A stretch of DNA of 64,000 bases from Chrysomallon squamiferum. Lineage: Eukaryota; Animalia; Mollusca. The position numbers were made by a program, and so were the translations under genes. How positions within the stretch are numbered: position 1 is the first letter of the stretch; each line of letters starts with the position of its first letter. Of the stretch, positions 30,160 to 59,333 are shown in pieces. The notes beneath the pieces were generated by a model, which was not told where the DNA came from, did not search any database, and saw nothing but the letters and a program-made list of their open reading frames with translations. Location: the NCBI GenBank assembly GCA_012295275.1, contig CM022676.1:9796001-9860000 (forward strand), given 5' to 3'.

Positions 30160-31022
30160 CTGGATGCTAAAAACTAATAAATTAATGAATGAATGAACAA
30201 TGAATCAATGAATAAATTAATAACGAAAGTAATAAATAAATATATAATTAAATCGGTAGGAAATAAAATGATGTAAATGTATTATTTTCGCCCGAATGGT
30301 GAAATTGCTGATGGGTGGGGTGGGGATTTTATCGATGGTTTTAATTATTTTTATTTTTTACGTTTTATAGACGTTTGTGAAACAGAAATATTTACAAACC
30401 TGTATTAAAATGGCTAGCATACCAGCAACCATGACAAGAGTTTGAAAAACATCAGTCCAAATTACTGCTTTCATACCGCCCTAGATAAATAAATAAATAA
30501 ATACGAAAATAAATAAATAAATTAAGAAAGAATGAATGAAAGAAAAAAAGAACGAAACAAAAATCAATGAAGAAAAAATATACACGTACATAAATATGTA
30601 AAGAAACAAATAAAACAAAAACAATAAATGAACAAATAAATAAATAAATATCGGAAGAAAGAATGAAACAACAACAATATAAATAAACAAACAAACAAAC
30701 AGAGTCAGACAAAAATGCCTGTTTAAATAATTAATAATAAAATATTTCTCATTATCCTGGTATTGTTTAAACAGTAATAATATTAATTATCAAAGTTTTA
30801 AACACTAAAACGTTAAAAGTATAAAAACAACAATCGCCAAATAAAAAACAAACAAACAAACAACTCCAACCATCACTATAATAGCCCACACTGGAAAATC
30901 AGTTACTGAAAATAAGTAAACAGTAAGTAAGTAAAACGTTAATGTAAAAAAAAAAAATAGTGTAAAAAGTAAGTAAATAAATAATAAATAAATAAAAAAT
31001 AAATAAATAAAAAAGTTAGAAA

Positions 31023-31076
<54 letters not shown>

Positions 31077-31109
31077 AAAAAATAAAAAAATATATAAATA
31101 TAGATATAA

Positions 31110-31177
<68 letters not shown>

Positions 31178-31598
31178 GTAGGTAGACAGACAGATGGCTA
31201 GATATAAAAACGAAACAAAAAAAAAAAAAACACAAAAGAATAATAAATAAAATAAAAAAATAAATAACAAGGTAAAAAAAAAAAATAAAATAAAATAAAA
31301 ATAAAAATAAAAAAAAAAATAAATAAAAAAAAAGAAATAAAACTAATAATTAAAAAAGAAAAAAAAAAGAAAGAAACAAAACAACAACAACAAAAAAAAC
31401 CCGGATAACAACTAAAATAAACAAATAAATACAACGGAAACTAATCTTTACTTATTTACATTATGAACATAACACACGATCCCAATAATCATTTCTACTT
31501 TTACATTCTTACCTGCACTTAAAGCTGTGGAAGGACCGTACAGAACTATCCCCATACCAACTGACTGAAAATAACAAATATACATATACATACATACA

Positions 31599-31634
<36 letters not shown>

Positions 31635-31652
31635 TATATATAAATACATACA

Positions 31653-31712
<60 letters not shown>

Positions 31713-31744
31713 CACACATACATACATACATATACACACACACA

Positions 31745-31780
<36 letters not shown>

Positions 31781-31992
31781 GTCTACATAGTCCTATATAG
31801 TCATTAGACCCATATACACAAATACATCCATCTATACACACAGATATGATGTAGGTATTCGGGCTGATACACGTAGATATAAACGCATACACACACACTT
31901 GCAGTCATCTGGACACACACTCACATAGCAGTCGCTTTCTCACACAGAGATACTCAGTTTAACTAATAAGTGCAATATTAAGAACTATATAA

Positions 31993-32047
<55 letters not shown>

Positions 32048-32132
32048 CATGTTACTTACGGCACGAAGTAAAAATAGAAAAGCCCCGAACAAACGAATGG
32101 ATCGAGATTTGAAACGTAACTCCAAATACTGA

Positions 32133-32211
<79 letters not shown>

Positions 32212-33488
32212 GAGTATATGTGTACATTTGCATGAACCAATGTAAAAAAACAAACTACTAAACAAAATAATAGAAATGACGTAACGTCACTGATTACGTA
32301 ATAACCATTGTGACGTAACCTCACTACGTCACTGTAAAATAACGGTTAATGGCGCTTGTGTTATATTGTCTTCCTGAACTGAACGTGGTGTTTAGATTAT
32401 CTCAAACTGAGAACCAGAAACAATATTTAATATTTTATATGTCAGCCTCATTTTTTAAAATATAATAATAGGTTATAATCTACTGGCAGAGATAAGGAAT
32501 ATATTCCCTCGCTATTCGCGGGGTTTTCTTTAGATCCCCCGAATAGCGAAAACAATATTGGATGCAGTTTTAAAACGTCTATTATGAGATTATATACGGT
32601 ACTAAATGCTTCCCAAACACTTTCTAAAGACACTCTTACTCATTAATACAGTAATAATGTAGTAATATTGCATGCAGTTATGTATTTCACTAATGTAGTA
32701 ATGATAATGTAAACACATTTTAATTTTAAGAAACAATATTTTAATCAGAAAGAAACGTAAATACAAGGACAGTAACACCGCATAGCATAGTTACCCATAC
32801 TGTATTACTGTACCGTAAAGTCATTTTCTATGCGTACAACATATGTATTAGAATTGACAGAAAGTGGAACAAATTTAAAGGCAAACAGACAGATAAATAC
32901 AGTACGAACAGTTCAGGTAATAATAATACAATTCAGTAATAATATGCAATTAAAAACATTATTAATATACGGTCACAAAAAATATGCACTGTACATACAG
33001 TGTATGCATTTATAAAAAAATACGTACTGTATTGCAATAATAATTGAACAAATTTGATATTGTTTGTGCTGTCACCAATAATGAATGATAATAAAATGAT
33101 GATGAAATTTGCAGTGCCATACGATGATGATGATAACACTAATGTACAGTATGGCACAGCTTAGCTGCTGCTTTACAGCACTTTAGGTACTCTTCAGGCA
33201 CTTAAGTCTCTATGACCTACAAAAACCCGGTTTACCGAACATTTGTATACCAGCCTGGTATACCAGCATACGATGCGATAGGGTTAAGAGCCTAACCCGC
33301 GAATATGCGGGGCCGCGAATGGGGAACCGCGAACAGGTGAGGGTATACTGTATATAGAACCGCATTTGGTTTTGTAAGATCAAGAAAACAATAGGTTCGT
33401 AATTTAAATTTTTGTTCATAAGAATAAACAGATGAAAAGAAAAATAAATATACCTAAATGTGTGTGTATGTATGTATGTATGTATGTA

Positions 33489-33565
<77 letters not shown>

Positions 33566-33572
33566 GTATATA

Positions 33573-33617
<45 letters not shown>

Positions 33618-35218
33618 ATATTGTATGCCTGTCTTTCGTGTATTCATGCCAAAAAGCGTATATGTGATGTGTTCTATACGAAATATCCAAACTATCTCAA
33701 ATGTCTTTTTCCTGCTTATCCTGTCTCTTCACTCAGTAAATTTTTCTCTGCAATCCAGTGTTACCTAGGTCCCAGGTCACTTAAAATGTATCTGACCGCG
33801 ATTCAAACAAAAAACAATGTACTTTCAATTCGGGGTTAACAGATAAGATGTGGTTATCGTTTGTTCCTGGTGACAATGCAATGTTACTTGCTGGACGTTT
33901 TAAAATTGGACGTGTCGAAATTAGGTTCTGTTTGTCTTTGAGACAGACGCGTAGTATGGGTGGGGGGAGCGAGAGGGAAGGGGGGTAGTCGCACGTGGGC
34001 GTAAAGGAGTGCAAATTTTCGTCTTGCCTTTTTTTATTTATTTATTTATTTATTGATGTATCTGTTTGTTTGTTTGTTTATTTATTTATTTATTTATTTA
34101 TGTATTTGCTTATTTATTTATCTGTTTATTGATGTATCTGTTTGTTTATTTAATTATTTATTGATGTATCTGTTTATTTATTTATTTATTGATGTATCTG
34201 TTTATTTATTTATTTATTTTTAGTGCCTAACAGTAATATTACGTACACCTTGTCTATCTCATGTAACATTTTCGTTTCTTGTGACTTTATTTGTGGCATC
34301 TGAAAAGTGATACTTGATTTTTTTTTTCATATCAGAGATAGTATGTCATAACACATATGCTGATAAAATATTTCAAGGACAATTCGAGTAGGGGCGAAAA
34401 ACTGTGTTAGCACCGGGCGTAGATAACCCAAGGCATTACCACTGCTTTGGAATACTGCGTAAAGAAAATTGAATGATAGTATTTAAACATTATATTTAAC
34501 AACATCAAATGTTTTATCTTTTGTTTGTGTATTGAGATATCTCTGGCGTAGTCAGTACTGTGTTTGGTTTAGCTGGTTAGGGTAATTTTGAAAAGCTGAA
34601 AGAGTCACTTTGTGTTAGAAGAAAGCGGGTAAACGAGTTAAATTATTTCCCGTTCTAGTCATGCTCCTAATCAAAGAGTGTTATAGGAATTTTCTACCCG
34701 AGAGAGAGAGAGAGAGAGTGTACAAATAAATAATTAATAATAATGAATAAACAAAATAATAATGAAATAAAATTAACAATAAATAATCAATTATAATAAA
34801 TAAATAAACAAACAAACAAAAGAAACCAAAAAACCCCCCCAAAAACAGTAATATCAAAATATAATACAAATTCCTACCTCGAAAACGCTCAAAACCTTCA
34901 GTTTAAAAACATGGGACCGAAAAGATAAGCACCAGTCACAGGCGCCATTACTGCACTGAAAACTGAGATCCAATACATCGTTCCAAACTGGTAGATCTCG
35001 GCTGGCGTGCCCAGCAGCGTGGAAGCAGAGAAGAAACTCGCCAGCACAGACAGGGCGACCGGAAGGAAGTTCATGCTCTTGTTCGCCATTAAAAATTCCC
35101 GCGTGCTCTTCTGTCTTCCGCCGGAAACGGCGTAGAAAATTCCTATTCCGGCGGAAATGGCCAGAACGAGGCCGAAGACAACATAGTCGGCGATGGAAAA
35201 TCTGGCTTTTTCTATCAT
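22250..35218 (-). CDS. SLC5 sodium:solute symporter, SMCT/SMVT/NIS (SLC5A5/6/8/12)-like; frame break in exon 1 as assembled
   Basis: Exons 35218-34878, 32128-32060, 31564-31513, 30905-~30838 (3' end unclear), 30480-30400, 30079-30006, 29411-29271, 28536-28407, 26327-26239, 25802-25690, 25284-25214, 25079-24993, 24744-24536, 23722-23622, 22826-22711, 22405-22250. Motifs: [80 protein letters not shown]-terminal DTRL (PDZ-ligand-like). Exon sizes 52/141/130/89/113/71/87 match the vertebrate SLC5A5/8 pattern as I recall it. Confidence 0.9.
23300..23485 (+). repeat. Dispersed repeat, copy 2 (copy 1 at ~7428-7615)
   Basis: Same core sequence and orientation as the 7.4-kb copy. Confidence 0.8.
23995..24061 (+). 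pseudogene. Inverted partial copy of SLC5 exon 15 including its splice acceptor
   Basis: 58/67 nt identical to the minus strand of 22767-22833 ([20 protein letters not shown] vs [20 protein letters not shown]). Confidence 0.85.
26880..27620 (+). mobile_element. Degenerate DDE/RNase H-like transposase remnant in an SLC5 intron (element probably ~26510-27720)
   Basis: High-complexity, CpG-containing block. Frameshifted fragments read [60 protein letters not shown] and [10 protein letters not shown]...[19 protein letters not shown]. These are collinear with motifs I recall from invertebrate transposase-like proteins (DRAAVN, CHLHPL, PRYRGNR, GKLLTGPW). Multiple stops and frameshifts; termini not identified. 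Confidence 0.55.
33295..33352 (-). mobile_element. Tc1/mariner (pogo/Tigger-like) terminal inverted repeat fragment
   Basis: The minus strand reads TA|CAGTATACCCTCACCTGTTCGCGGTTCCCCATTCGCGGCCCCGCATATTCGCGG: a TA target followed by a CAGT..CCCTC end and repeated TTCGCGG, typical of Tigger-like ends. The partner TIR was not found. Confidence 0.55.
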
Positions 35219-35460
35219 GTTTTGTTAATCTGCTTCTTGTTGATCGTTTCGGTTGTAATTTTGTAATTTTACTGATAAATTTAACGAAAATAATTTTTCT
35301 TGGTAAATAAAATGTCTGAATGAAAAACTTTGATAAATTCAGTGGTAAAATATAAATTCCAGTTCTTTTTAAAATTCTTTCTTGTTTTTTTGTTTTTTTT
35401 CTGTTTATTTATTTATTTATATTTATTTATTTATTTATTTTTTGTTTTTTGTTGTTGTTG

Positions 35461-35540
<80 letters not shown>

Positions 35541-36544
35541 TCATTAGCAACAACATTAATATAACATTCGTACAATTAAGTATTTTCATTCATACACAGT
35601 CTCTATTGCCTTAATCCAATAATCCATGAAGGAGATGAGATAATCCAGTATCTGAAGAACTGAAACTTCAGGACTAACAAACGAAACAAATATATGAATA
35701 AAACCTTTTTCCGAACTCAGAAAGAAGCCATTCTTCGTCAGACGTCACAAAACACAACCATATAAAGATAGAATGTTATAATTTTATGCACGAAATCAGC
35801 CAATACAAAACGTCGACGCTTTAACACAAGATAAATCACCTTGGATACTGAATTATTTCCCTTTACGCTGTAATCAATCTTTCACGATTTTTCTCCTGTT
35901 TACATACACATTTTGAGATTGATGGATTGGAAAAATGCTATAATTTAATCCAATAATGAGTATTAATAATGAAAAATAAAACACAATGATTATTTCGTAT
36001 TCCGAATTACTAATGAAAATAATAAAACACAGTTCAATGATTATTTCGTGTCCCGAATATCCGAAAATTATATGTATAAATAATAATACAAAAAATAAAA
36101 TAAAATACAAGCAAAAATATACGAGTGTCTAATAAAGTCCAAAATTCAATGGATTTTTTTTTTTTTTTACCTATGCAATATTTACTTTAGATAAGATAAT
36201 GAACAAAACAAGCAGACTTAAAGATAGGTTTCTTAAAAGGGTCGGATCTTTAACAGATCGTCAATTTATGACACGATTTTTCTTTGTAGTTTCAGCTTTG
36301 ATTGTTGTTATCTATTCTCGTATTGGTTAAGTTATCATAATAAAACTCGTAGGTTTTGGGGTCAAATCCTACTGTCTGGATACCATGCAGAATTGTAACT
36401 GGGAAGGTACAAGGTCATTTGTTGCGTTTTCATGTGTTTCTCTAACTGGCTAACATACTAAATCCTTCTTTGGCTTATAAGCGGGTTTCCAATTGAAAGC
36501 TTATTTCCATTAGCTAGTTAATTTATATATATATATATATATAG

Positions 36545-36576
<32 letters not shown>

Positions 36577-36731
36577 ATTATTATTATTATTATTATTTAT
36601 TATTATTTATTTATTTATTTTTATATTTATTTTTATTTATTTATTTATCCATTTATTTTATTTTTATTTTTTATTTATTTATTAAGCGACTTGAAAAAAA
36701 ATAATAATAATAATTTAGTCTTGTAAGATAT

Positions 36732-36766
<35 letters not shown>

Positions 36767-36991
36767 TTTTGTTAGCGGTTTATCACAACACTCATAACAA
36801 CATATGACAATAAATGTTACAAAACATCTGAATGCCGCCATTATGACCCTTCACCACTGGAGTCGTGACGTCACTACGTACATAAAAGACAGTTGTATTA
36901 GTTCCGAGAATTTAAACGAAACTTTAATAAAGTTGTCTGCTTTATAGTAGATAATTTGGCGAGTAAAGATTTGTTAAACTGTACTTTAAGT

Positions 36992-37042
<51 letters not shown>

Positions 37043-37332
37043 TTACTTTTTTGTATTTTTAAGTTTAATTTAATTTTATCTTGTTGTGTTGTTTTTGTTT
37101 GTTGTCGTTTCTGTATTTATTATTATTATTATTATTATTATTACTTTTTTTCATATTCTCTACGATATTGCCCCACCTTATACAGTAGTGGATTTGCACC
37201 TGCGTGACATGTTTACACTGATACCTTGTACTTTACGAGGTGAGTGCTGTTTAAACAAAACAGGTTAATCTGTTTTTATCTTAGCCACAAACATGATCGA
37301 GAAAACGTGTTATTTTTATATGTAAGATAACA

Positions 37333-37447
<115 letters not shown>

Positions 37448-38941
37448 TCACTCTCTCTCTTTCTCTCTCTATCCATCTGTCTACCTACCTCTATCTCTCT
37501 CTCTCTCTCTCAATCTTTCTGTCTCTCTATTATGTTTGTGTGTGTGTGTGTGTGTGTGTACATAAATACATATACATATCACTATCTATATATTTAATTA
37601 AATCTTTAACTCTCGCCTATATTTCTTTAATTTCATCACTATCTTCTGTCTTCCTCTTTCTCTCTCTCTCTCTCTCATACACAACAGATACATATAAACG
37701 ATTTAGTTCATTACCATACTTTTAATTTGTTAGAATATTATTACTACATCTTTTATTATCTGAAAAACAAATAAAAGAATGCATGTATAAAAAAAAAAAG
37801 TGTAGAATATTTATTCCAAAAATGTTTACAATATTATATTATTTCTGAACACTTCGTAATACTTTCGTTCCCAAAGTAGCTCCGCCATAATCTCTGTTTT
37901 GAATGAACTGTTGCGATATTTAAGACAAATATAGTTCCAATTTAAAATATATAATAAATTAAACATGTTCCCAATATTACAAGTATGTATCAGTGAATGA
38001 AATGCAGTAATACAGACTTATTTCCAATTTCCAATAAACATTAATATAAAGTAAGGAAATTGAATAGTAATATTAGAAATATTTATACAATAATGAAATG
38101 CAAGTATACTTCCAGTGTGAAATAGGGATTGAAATAAAATAATAAAACCGAGTGGTACTTTGATAGACGTAATGTAAGAATTAAATGCAATAATATTAAT
38201 ATATTTCCAGTCTGAAATGGGTAATAATATATATATATATAAAAATATTTATATAAAAAATATAACAGTAATATTATAAACAATATAGAAAAAGAACAGT
38301 AATATTATAAATATAGTTTTTAAAGAGAAATGACAAATATTACAAATATATTTCTCTACAAAAACTCGAACTAGTTACAAATACTGAAATAGTAATATCA
38401 TCAACAAGTTTGTCACATAAAATTTAAAAAAAAATTTATGTATCACTTTTACATAAAACTTAAGGAATTATCCAGCATCGGTAACAATGTCAACAAAGAT
38501 AATTTTTCTTTTGTCTAATGATGCTCTGTGTTTCTACGTAATAATTTACTATCCTAGAAGACAATAATTATTCTAATAAAAAAACTATATTTTTCACATT
38601 TATTACTTAAGTTTATAAGTCAGTGTCAGTTTTTATGAGAAACGAGTTAAGCAGACAACATATCAATAACATATTATTGAAAATCCCGTTCCAACTCCTT
38701 TAAATGAGATGCAGCGTTATTTCTAAGAACGAAAAAATTTCTTTTAAATAGTCATCTATAATTTATATATGAGCCCAAGAAAACTCCCGTTCCAACCACT
38801 TCAAAAGAGACGCAGCTTTACTCTAAGTGTTAAAGAATTTTATATTCGTTAATATTTTTGAAATAGCCAACAATAATTTATATATATATATAAGCACCAG
38901 AAAAATCCCGTTCCAACCACTTTGAAAGAGACGCCGTTATT

Positions 38942-54219
<15,278 letters not shown>

Positions 54220-54424
54220 TATTTTATTTTGTTTTGTTTTATTTTATTTTATTTTATTTTATTTGTTTGTTTGTTTACTGTTTATTTCATTTGCAGAAAT
54301 ATCTTTTTACTGATTATTATATCGATTAATTAATGAATTGATTGATTTATTGATTAATAATCAATAATATAAAGATTAGACGTCCCTAATTTTATTTTGA
54401 TTTTGATTTCTTATTTTATTTTAT

Positions 54425-54455
<31 letters not shown>

Positions 54456-54959
54456 ATTTATTTATTTATTTGTATGTATGTTTGTTTGTTCGTTATCATT
54501 TATCTGTTTCTTATATAAAAACATAAATAATTAGTCTTTATTGTTTTAGATTTATAATTTATTTTTTAATCCTCTAACTTTATGACCTGGAGATCACATA
54601 ATTCCTTTATTTTTGTTTTCTCTTTTGTAAAAATAATTTTCCTACAAAAATCGATTCTTCCAAAACCGTTTACAATTATAATAATTATATGTCAAGAAAA
54701 GATGATAAGAAAACAATAATAAAAGAAATAAATAACAACAAAATGAAATAATAATAATAAAAATATATATATATATATATACACACAGCCACAAATAACT
54801 AATTAATCCTCAAAAAACCCATAGAAAGCTGCATACGTTTTCTCAACACTTTTTCAAATATGTTGTCAACATTACAACCACAATTTTCTCCACATAAACA
54901 TCCAATTCATTCTCCATACTGCATCGGAATCGTTCTCCAAGATGAATAATGCAGAACCT

Positions 54960-55180
54960 TAATAAATAAACCGAACACCTTCGAAATGCGACCATGAAGT
55001 GGCGCGTGAATGTAGTTCGTTCCCATGGCTGTGTCTTGTAACCGATATAATGTACAAAATTACTTTAACCGCGAAGTTTCTCGTCTGCCCCGCTGCGATC
55101 ACGTGATCGTATTACACGCGCGTTGCCAGAAGCTAAGCGATGCTTCCAGGGCAATCGGCGGTTACGTGTGTAAGTTGTAA
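54960..55180 (-). promoter_or_regulatory. Candidate CpG-rich promoter of the aminopeptidase gene
   Basis: CpG-dense patch ~0.8 kb upstream of the ATG, with the perfect palindrome CGATCACGTGATCG (55096-55109, E-box core). TSS not determined. Confidence 0.4.
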
Positions 55181-55278
55181 CTATTTTTTTTTTTTTTTTT
55201 TTTTTTTTAAGTTCAAATGATACTGTATCAAATTATAAAAAAATAAAATAAAATAAAGGTTATGGGTGAGTTAGACAA

Positions 55279-55363
<85 letters not shown>

Positions 55364-56229
55364 CAGAGAGAGAGACAGATAAACAAGCAGACAGACAGAT
55401 ATAGATAGGCAGGAAAAAAAATAGATAGATAAAAAGACAGACAGATATATAGATACAAAGACAGATAGATAAAACCAGACAGACAGATATATAGATAGAC
55501 AAAAAGAAAGACAGACAGACAGACACACACAGACAGATAGATAGATAGAGAAAAGAGAAAGCGAGACTTAATCTAATCTACATCACGCAACCAACTGACG
55601 TCAGCATTTTTTTTACTATCTGCACATTTTCCTCATTCTAACTAATTGACTGGAAATATTCTAGGACCAGATATTTCTGGCGAAAAGGGGGGGGGAACAA
55701 ACATTTTTTTTTTTTTTTTTTTTTTTTTTTCGACGTGTTTAACTGCAACTGCAATGGCGCTCAGATTATAAAACGTTTCTGATTACAGCACAAACACATT
55801 TCACGTTCCAACCACCGTATCGTGACAAGAACACAAAGACTGGTTAATCTAGTTTAAAGCATGGCTGTGTTAATGGTATTCCTGTTCTCTGCAAACAGGA
55901 TTCTGCCTGTAAACAAATTAACGTTCCTGTAACAACTAACATTATTTTCCGTTATCTGTACGAGCTTCACAATGCAATTAGATATCTTAATCAGTATCAA
56001 AAAAAAAAAAAAAAAAAAAGAAAATGTTGCTGCCAAAACCAGATAACTGTTTTATACTCTGCACAACAACACAAAACAGCAACATTGGAGTAAATTCCAC
56101 TGAGTAATGGAAGGTCGAACTCTGAGTGCATTTCTGCACATTCAGATTGCAGCCTTCATATTAAACTTAATTAAATATGGATGATATTTTTTTTTTAAAG
56201 AATGTAGGGAAAACATTGCTAACCGCTGC

Positions 56230-56341
56230 CTAGACTTGGTTTATCTAGACTTGGTATAACTAGACCTGGTATAACGTAGACTTGATTTATCTATACTCGG
56301 TATATCTAGACTTGGTTTATCTAGTCTTGGTTTAGCTAGAC
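56230..56341. repeat. 15-bp minisatellite (CTAGACTTGGTTTAT) x ~7
   Basis: Directly visible tandem array. Confidence 0.85.
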
Positions 56342-56545
56342 ATTGCCTGTTTCAGATGATTACTTAAAAAAAACGATCTGTTTTGTAATTGTCTCCACAT
56401 ATCTTTTTTTTATTTAATTATTTATCTATTTACTTGTTTGTTTGTTTGTTTGTTTGCTTGCTTGCTTGTTTGTTTGTTTATTTAAATATTGTTTTTTTAA
56501 ATATTTTTATAGATTTTCTCTTTTATCTTTCTAACACATACACAC

Positions 56546-56615
<70 letters not shown>

Positions 56616-56857
56616 TTTCTTTATTTCCTGTTAATAACAGTTAATATTAAAACGAGTTCTGATGACGTTAAATGAAATAAACGCTGGTATAAATAATAGA
56701 CTCAGTTTGCTGTAGACTTTTTCTCAAGCCACTGCAGAACGTAACAAGAATTATCTCCCCTTATATTCATTTCATCTCAGGCATTTTCTAGTTTAAAAAA
56801 ACAAAAAAGAAAGTATTCCTAAACATGTCTGTGTGTGTGTGTTTGTGTGTGTGTGTG

Positions 56858-56896
<39 letters not shown>

Positions 56897-57538
56897 CTAT
56901 TTGCTAAATATAATAAAATAAGAGAGAGCAGTAGCAGACATACATTTTGGTGCCCTGAAACTTGTCCTTGTGGATTGTTTCATAACAGATAACCATAATT
57001 TAACATTTAAAATTTAAAATTTTAAATTTGACCACGGTATCTCAGATTTCCATTAAAATGTTGAAGCAGTCTGAACTAACGTTGGTTCTGTGACCTTTCC
57101 GAGACTGATGGCCTTGAAGCCGAAGCTTTATTAGTTTCGTAATAGATCCATCACTAAGAGAGACAGAGAGACAGACAGAGACAGACAGATATGCAGGCAA
57201 TTCTCTGATATCTCAAAGACAGCGTCACAGTAAATCTGTAGACAGTGGCAGACTTAAAAGTATGGAACGATCGTAAATCTAAAGAAAATGTCTCCAAATG
57301 TAGATAATTGTCTGTGTGTTGATACTGGTTCACTGAAATCGTATATCTAGAGAGAGAGAGAGAATTCAACAGTATATTGGGAGATAGCAGATCGTGGACA
57401 GGGTAGCAGTTTTCTTGTTTCTAGAAAGACTGATGAACCTCCTTTAGACCAAAATAGTGGAATGTATATTATCATTATAGAAAAATAGGAATATGATGGT
57501 AAACGCAAACTTACTAATAGTTATAACATTTATTATTA

Positions 57539-57601
<63 letters not shown>

Positions 57602-59333
57602 CTTTCTCGCGGTGAATCTTGATACATTGCGGTGCTGCACATACTAAGGACAGAAATACTACAAAGAATAATGGTTACAAAACGATTAGGTAAAGTAAAA
57701 TCCTCGATAAAATAATGCATGCATTTTGTCTTTACTAACTTAAAGATTTTATTAGTATTTTATCAAAGTTGGAAAACCTCAAAATTGTTTCGGTTTATGT
57801 GTTAGAATTAAATTTATTATAATCTTCATCTCCTCGTATTATTTACATTTGTGGATGTACAAAGTACATGTGAAGATTAAAAACATCACTCTTTATGTAA
57901 ATAAATGTTACGGTACGTAAAAATGAAAAATATTTTTTTTTTTTTTTTTTCGTAAATTATTATTTATTTAATTTATCAGCTAATTATTAAATAAGAAAAA
58001 CTCTTTAAATAGATTGTACGAAACTTACCATACGCAAAAAAAATATGACGTCATCATTCGATTATCCAAAAATTCAGTTATGAAAAGAGAGCACGTGAAT
58101 TACCTGTAGGTATGTTATTCGACAAAATTTTAATCAGTTTAATGCGTTAATGCTTTTAGTAGTACTAATATATTTTACCATGAGCATCGTTTTATGAAGC
58201 ATATTTGTGAAGTACAAAAATGAAGGAGGGATGTACTAAGGGGTGGGGGTTTAGAGGGATGTATCACGGACTTTCATTTGTCAAGAAATTATTGAAAAAG
58301 TGACCATAAATTCTATTTGATGAATTAAAATGTATTGTTTTTTAAACGTAAAATATTGTTTCTTCATTTTAGTACTGAGAATATTCAGTTATCATGTTTC
58401 AGTTATTATCGATTATTTTTTGTTCAGTATTTTCTGAAGGAAGATATGTTATTTATCAACTTTTTCAACACATTTTCTGTATACTTTTTATGGATTTGAC
58501 TTCTGTTATAATAACAGTAGTATAGTATTTGTAGTAGTAAGGATGGTAACAGTAGCAAATATAATAATGTAATAGTTGTCACAATCAAAATAGTAATGGA
58601 GGTAATAGTAATAACATTATTAGTGTAATAGTCATTTTGGTTATAGGTGGATACTAGAAGTAGTAGTACTAGTAGTAAAAAACTAGAAATAGTATTATTA
58701 ATAGTAACCATGGTGATAGAAGGATGGTAGTAGTAATAGTAGTAGTAACAGTAAATAGTAATAGTAGTAGTAGTAAAAGAACTAGAAATAATAACTAGAA
58801 CAGTTAGTATAGTGATAGTAGGATGGTAGTAGTAATAGTTGCAGTAGCAGTAGTAGTAGGTTGATAGTTGTTGTTGCTGCTGTAGTAATGGTGTCTTCAA
58901 CAATAGGACAAAAATACAACCAGCAGTTAATGACAGATATGAGATGTGTGTGTGTGTGTGTGAATTTGTTTTAAACCAAACAGTATTAGATTACAACAGT
59001 TAACTGATGTCACATAATACTGATTAAAATGACTCCATATTTTCACACCAGTGTGACTTTAATTTTCCATTTCAATGGAGCTGTAGAAGGGACTTAGATT
59101 GCAGGATTTAAATTGTAGGATTGGTTAGAAGATCATTAATTTCTGTTTATATGTTGACTTCATTATTTCTTGTGCAACACAAGAATCATTTTCACAATTT
59201 ATTTTCATTTTTTTTTTTTTTTTTGATGCTGTGTTGCCGATGTTTCAGTACTGCAGCACAGAAGTAATTCATCATGTTGACTTCAGACACAAGAATATTT
59301 TTCACAATTTATTTTCATTTTTTTTTTTTTTTG

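Noticed and set aside
33940-34445. Possible hAT-type MITE (G-rich left part, ...GGCATTACCACTG right end)
   Set aside because: No matching left TIR or 8-bp TSD could be identified.
32098-34894. H-type pseudoknot downstream of the SLC5 slippery site in the spliced mRNA
   Set aside because: The two stems I can draw would leave a 1-nt loop 3, which is sterically implausible. Only alternative simple hairpins are defensible.
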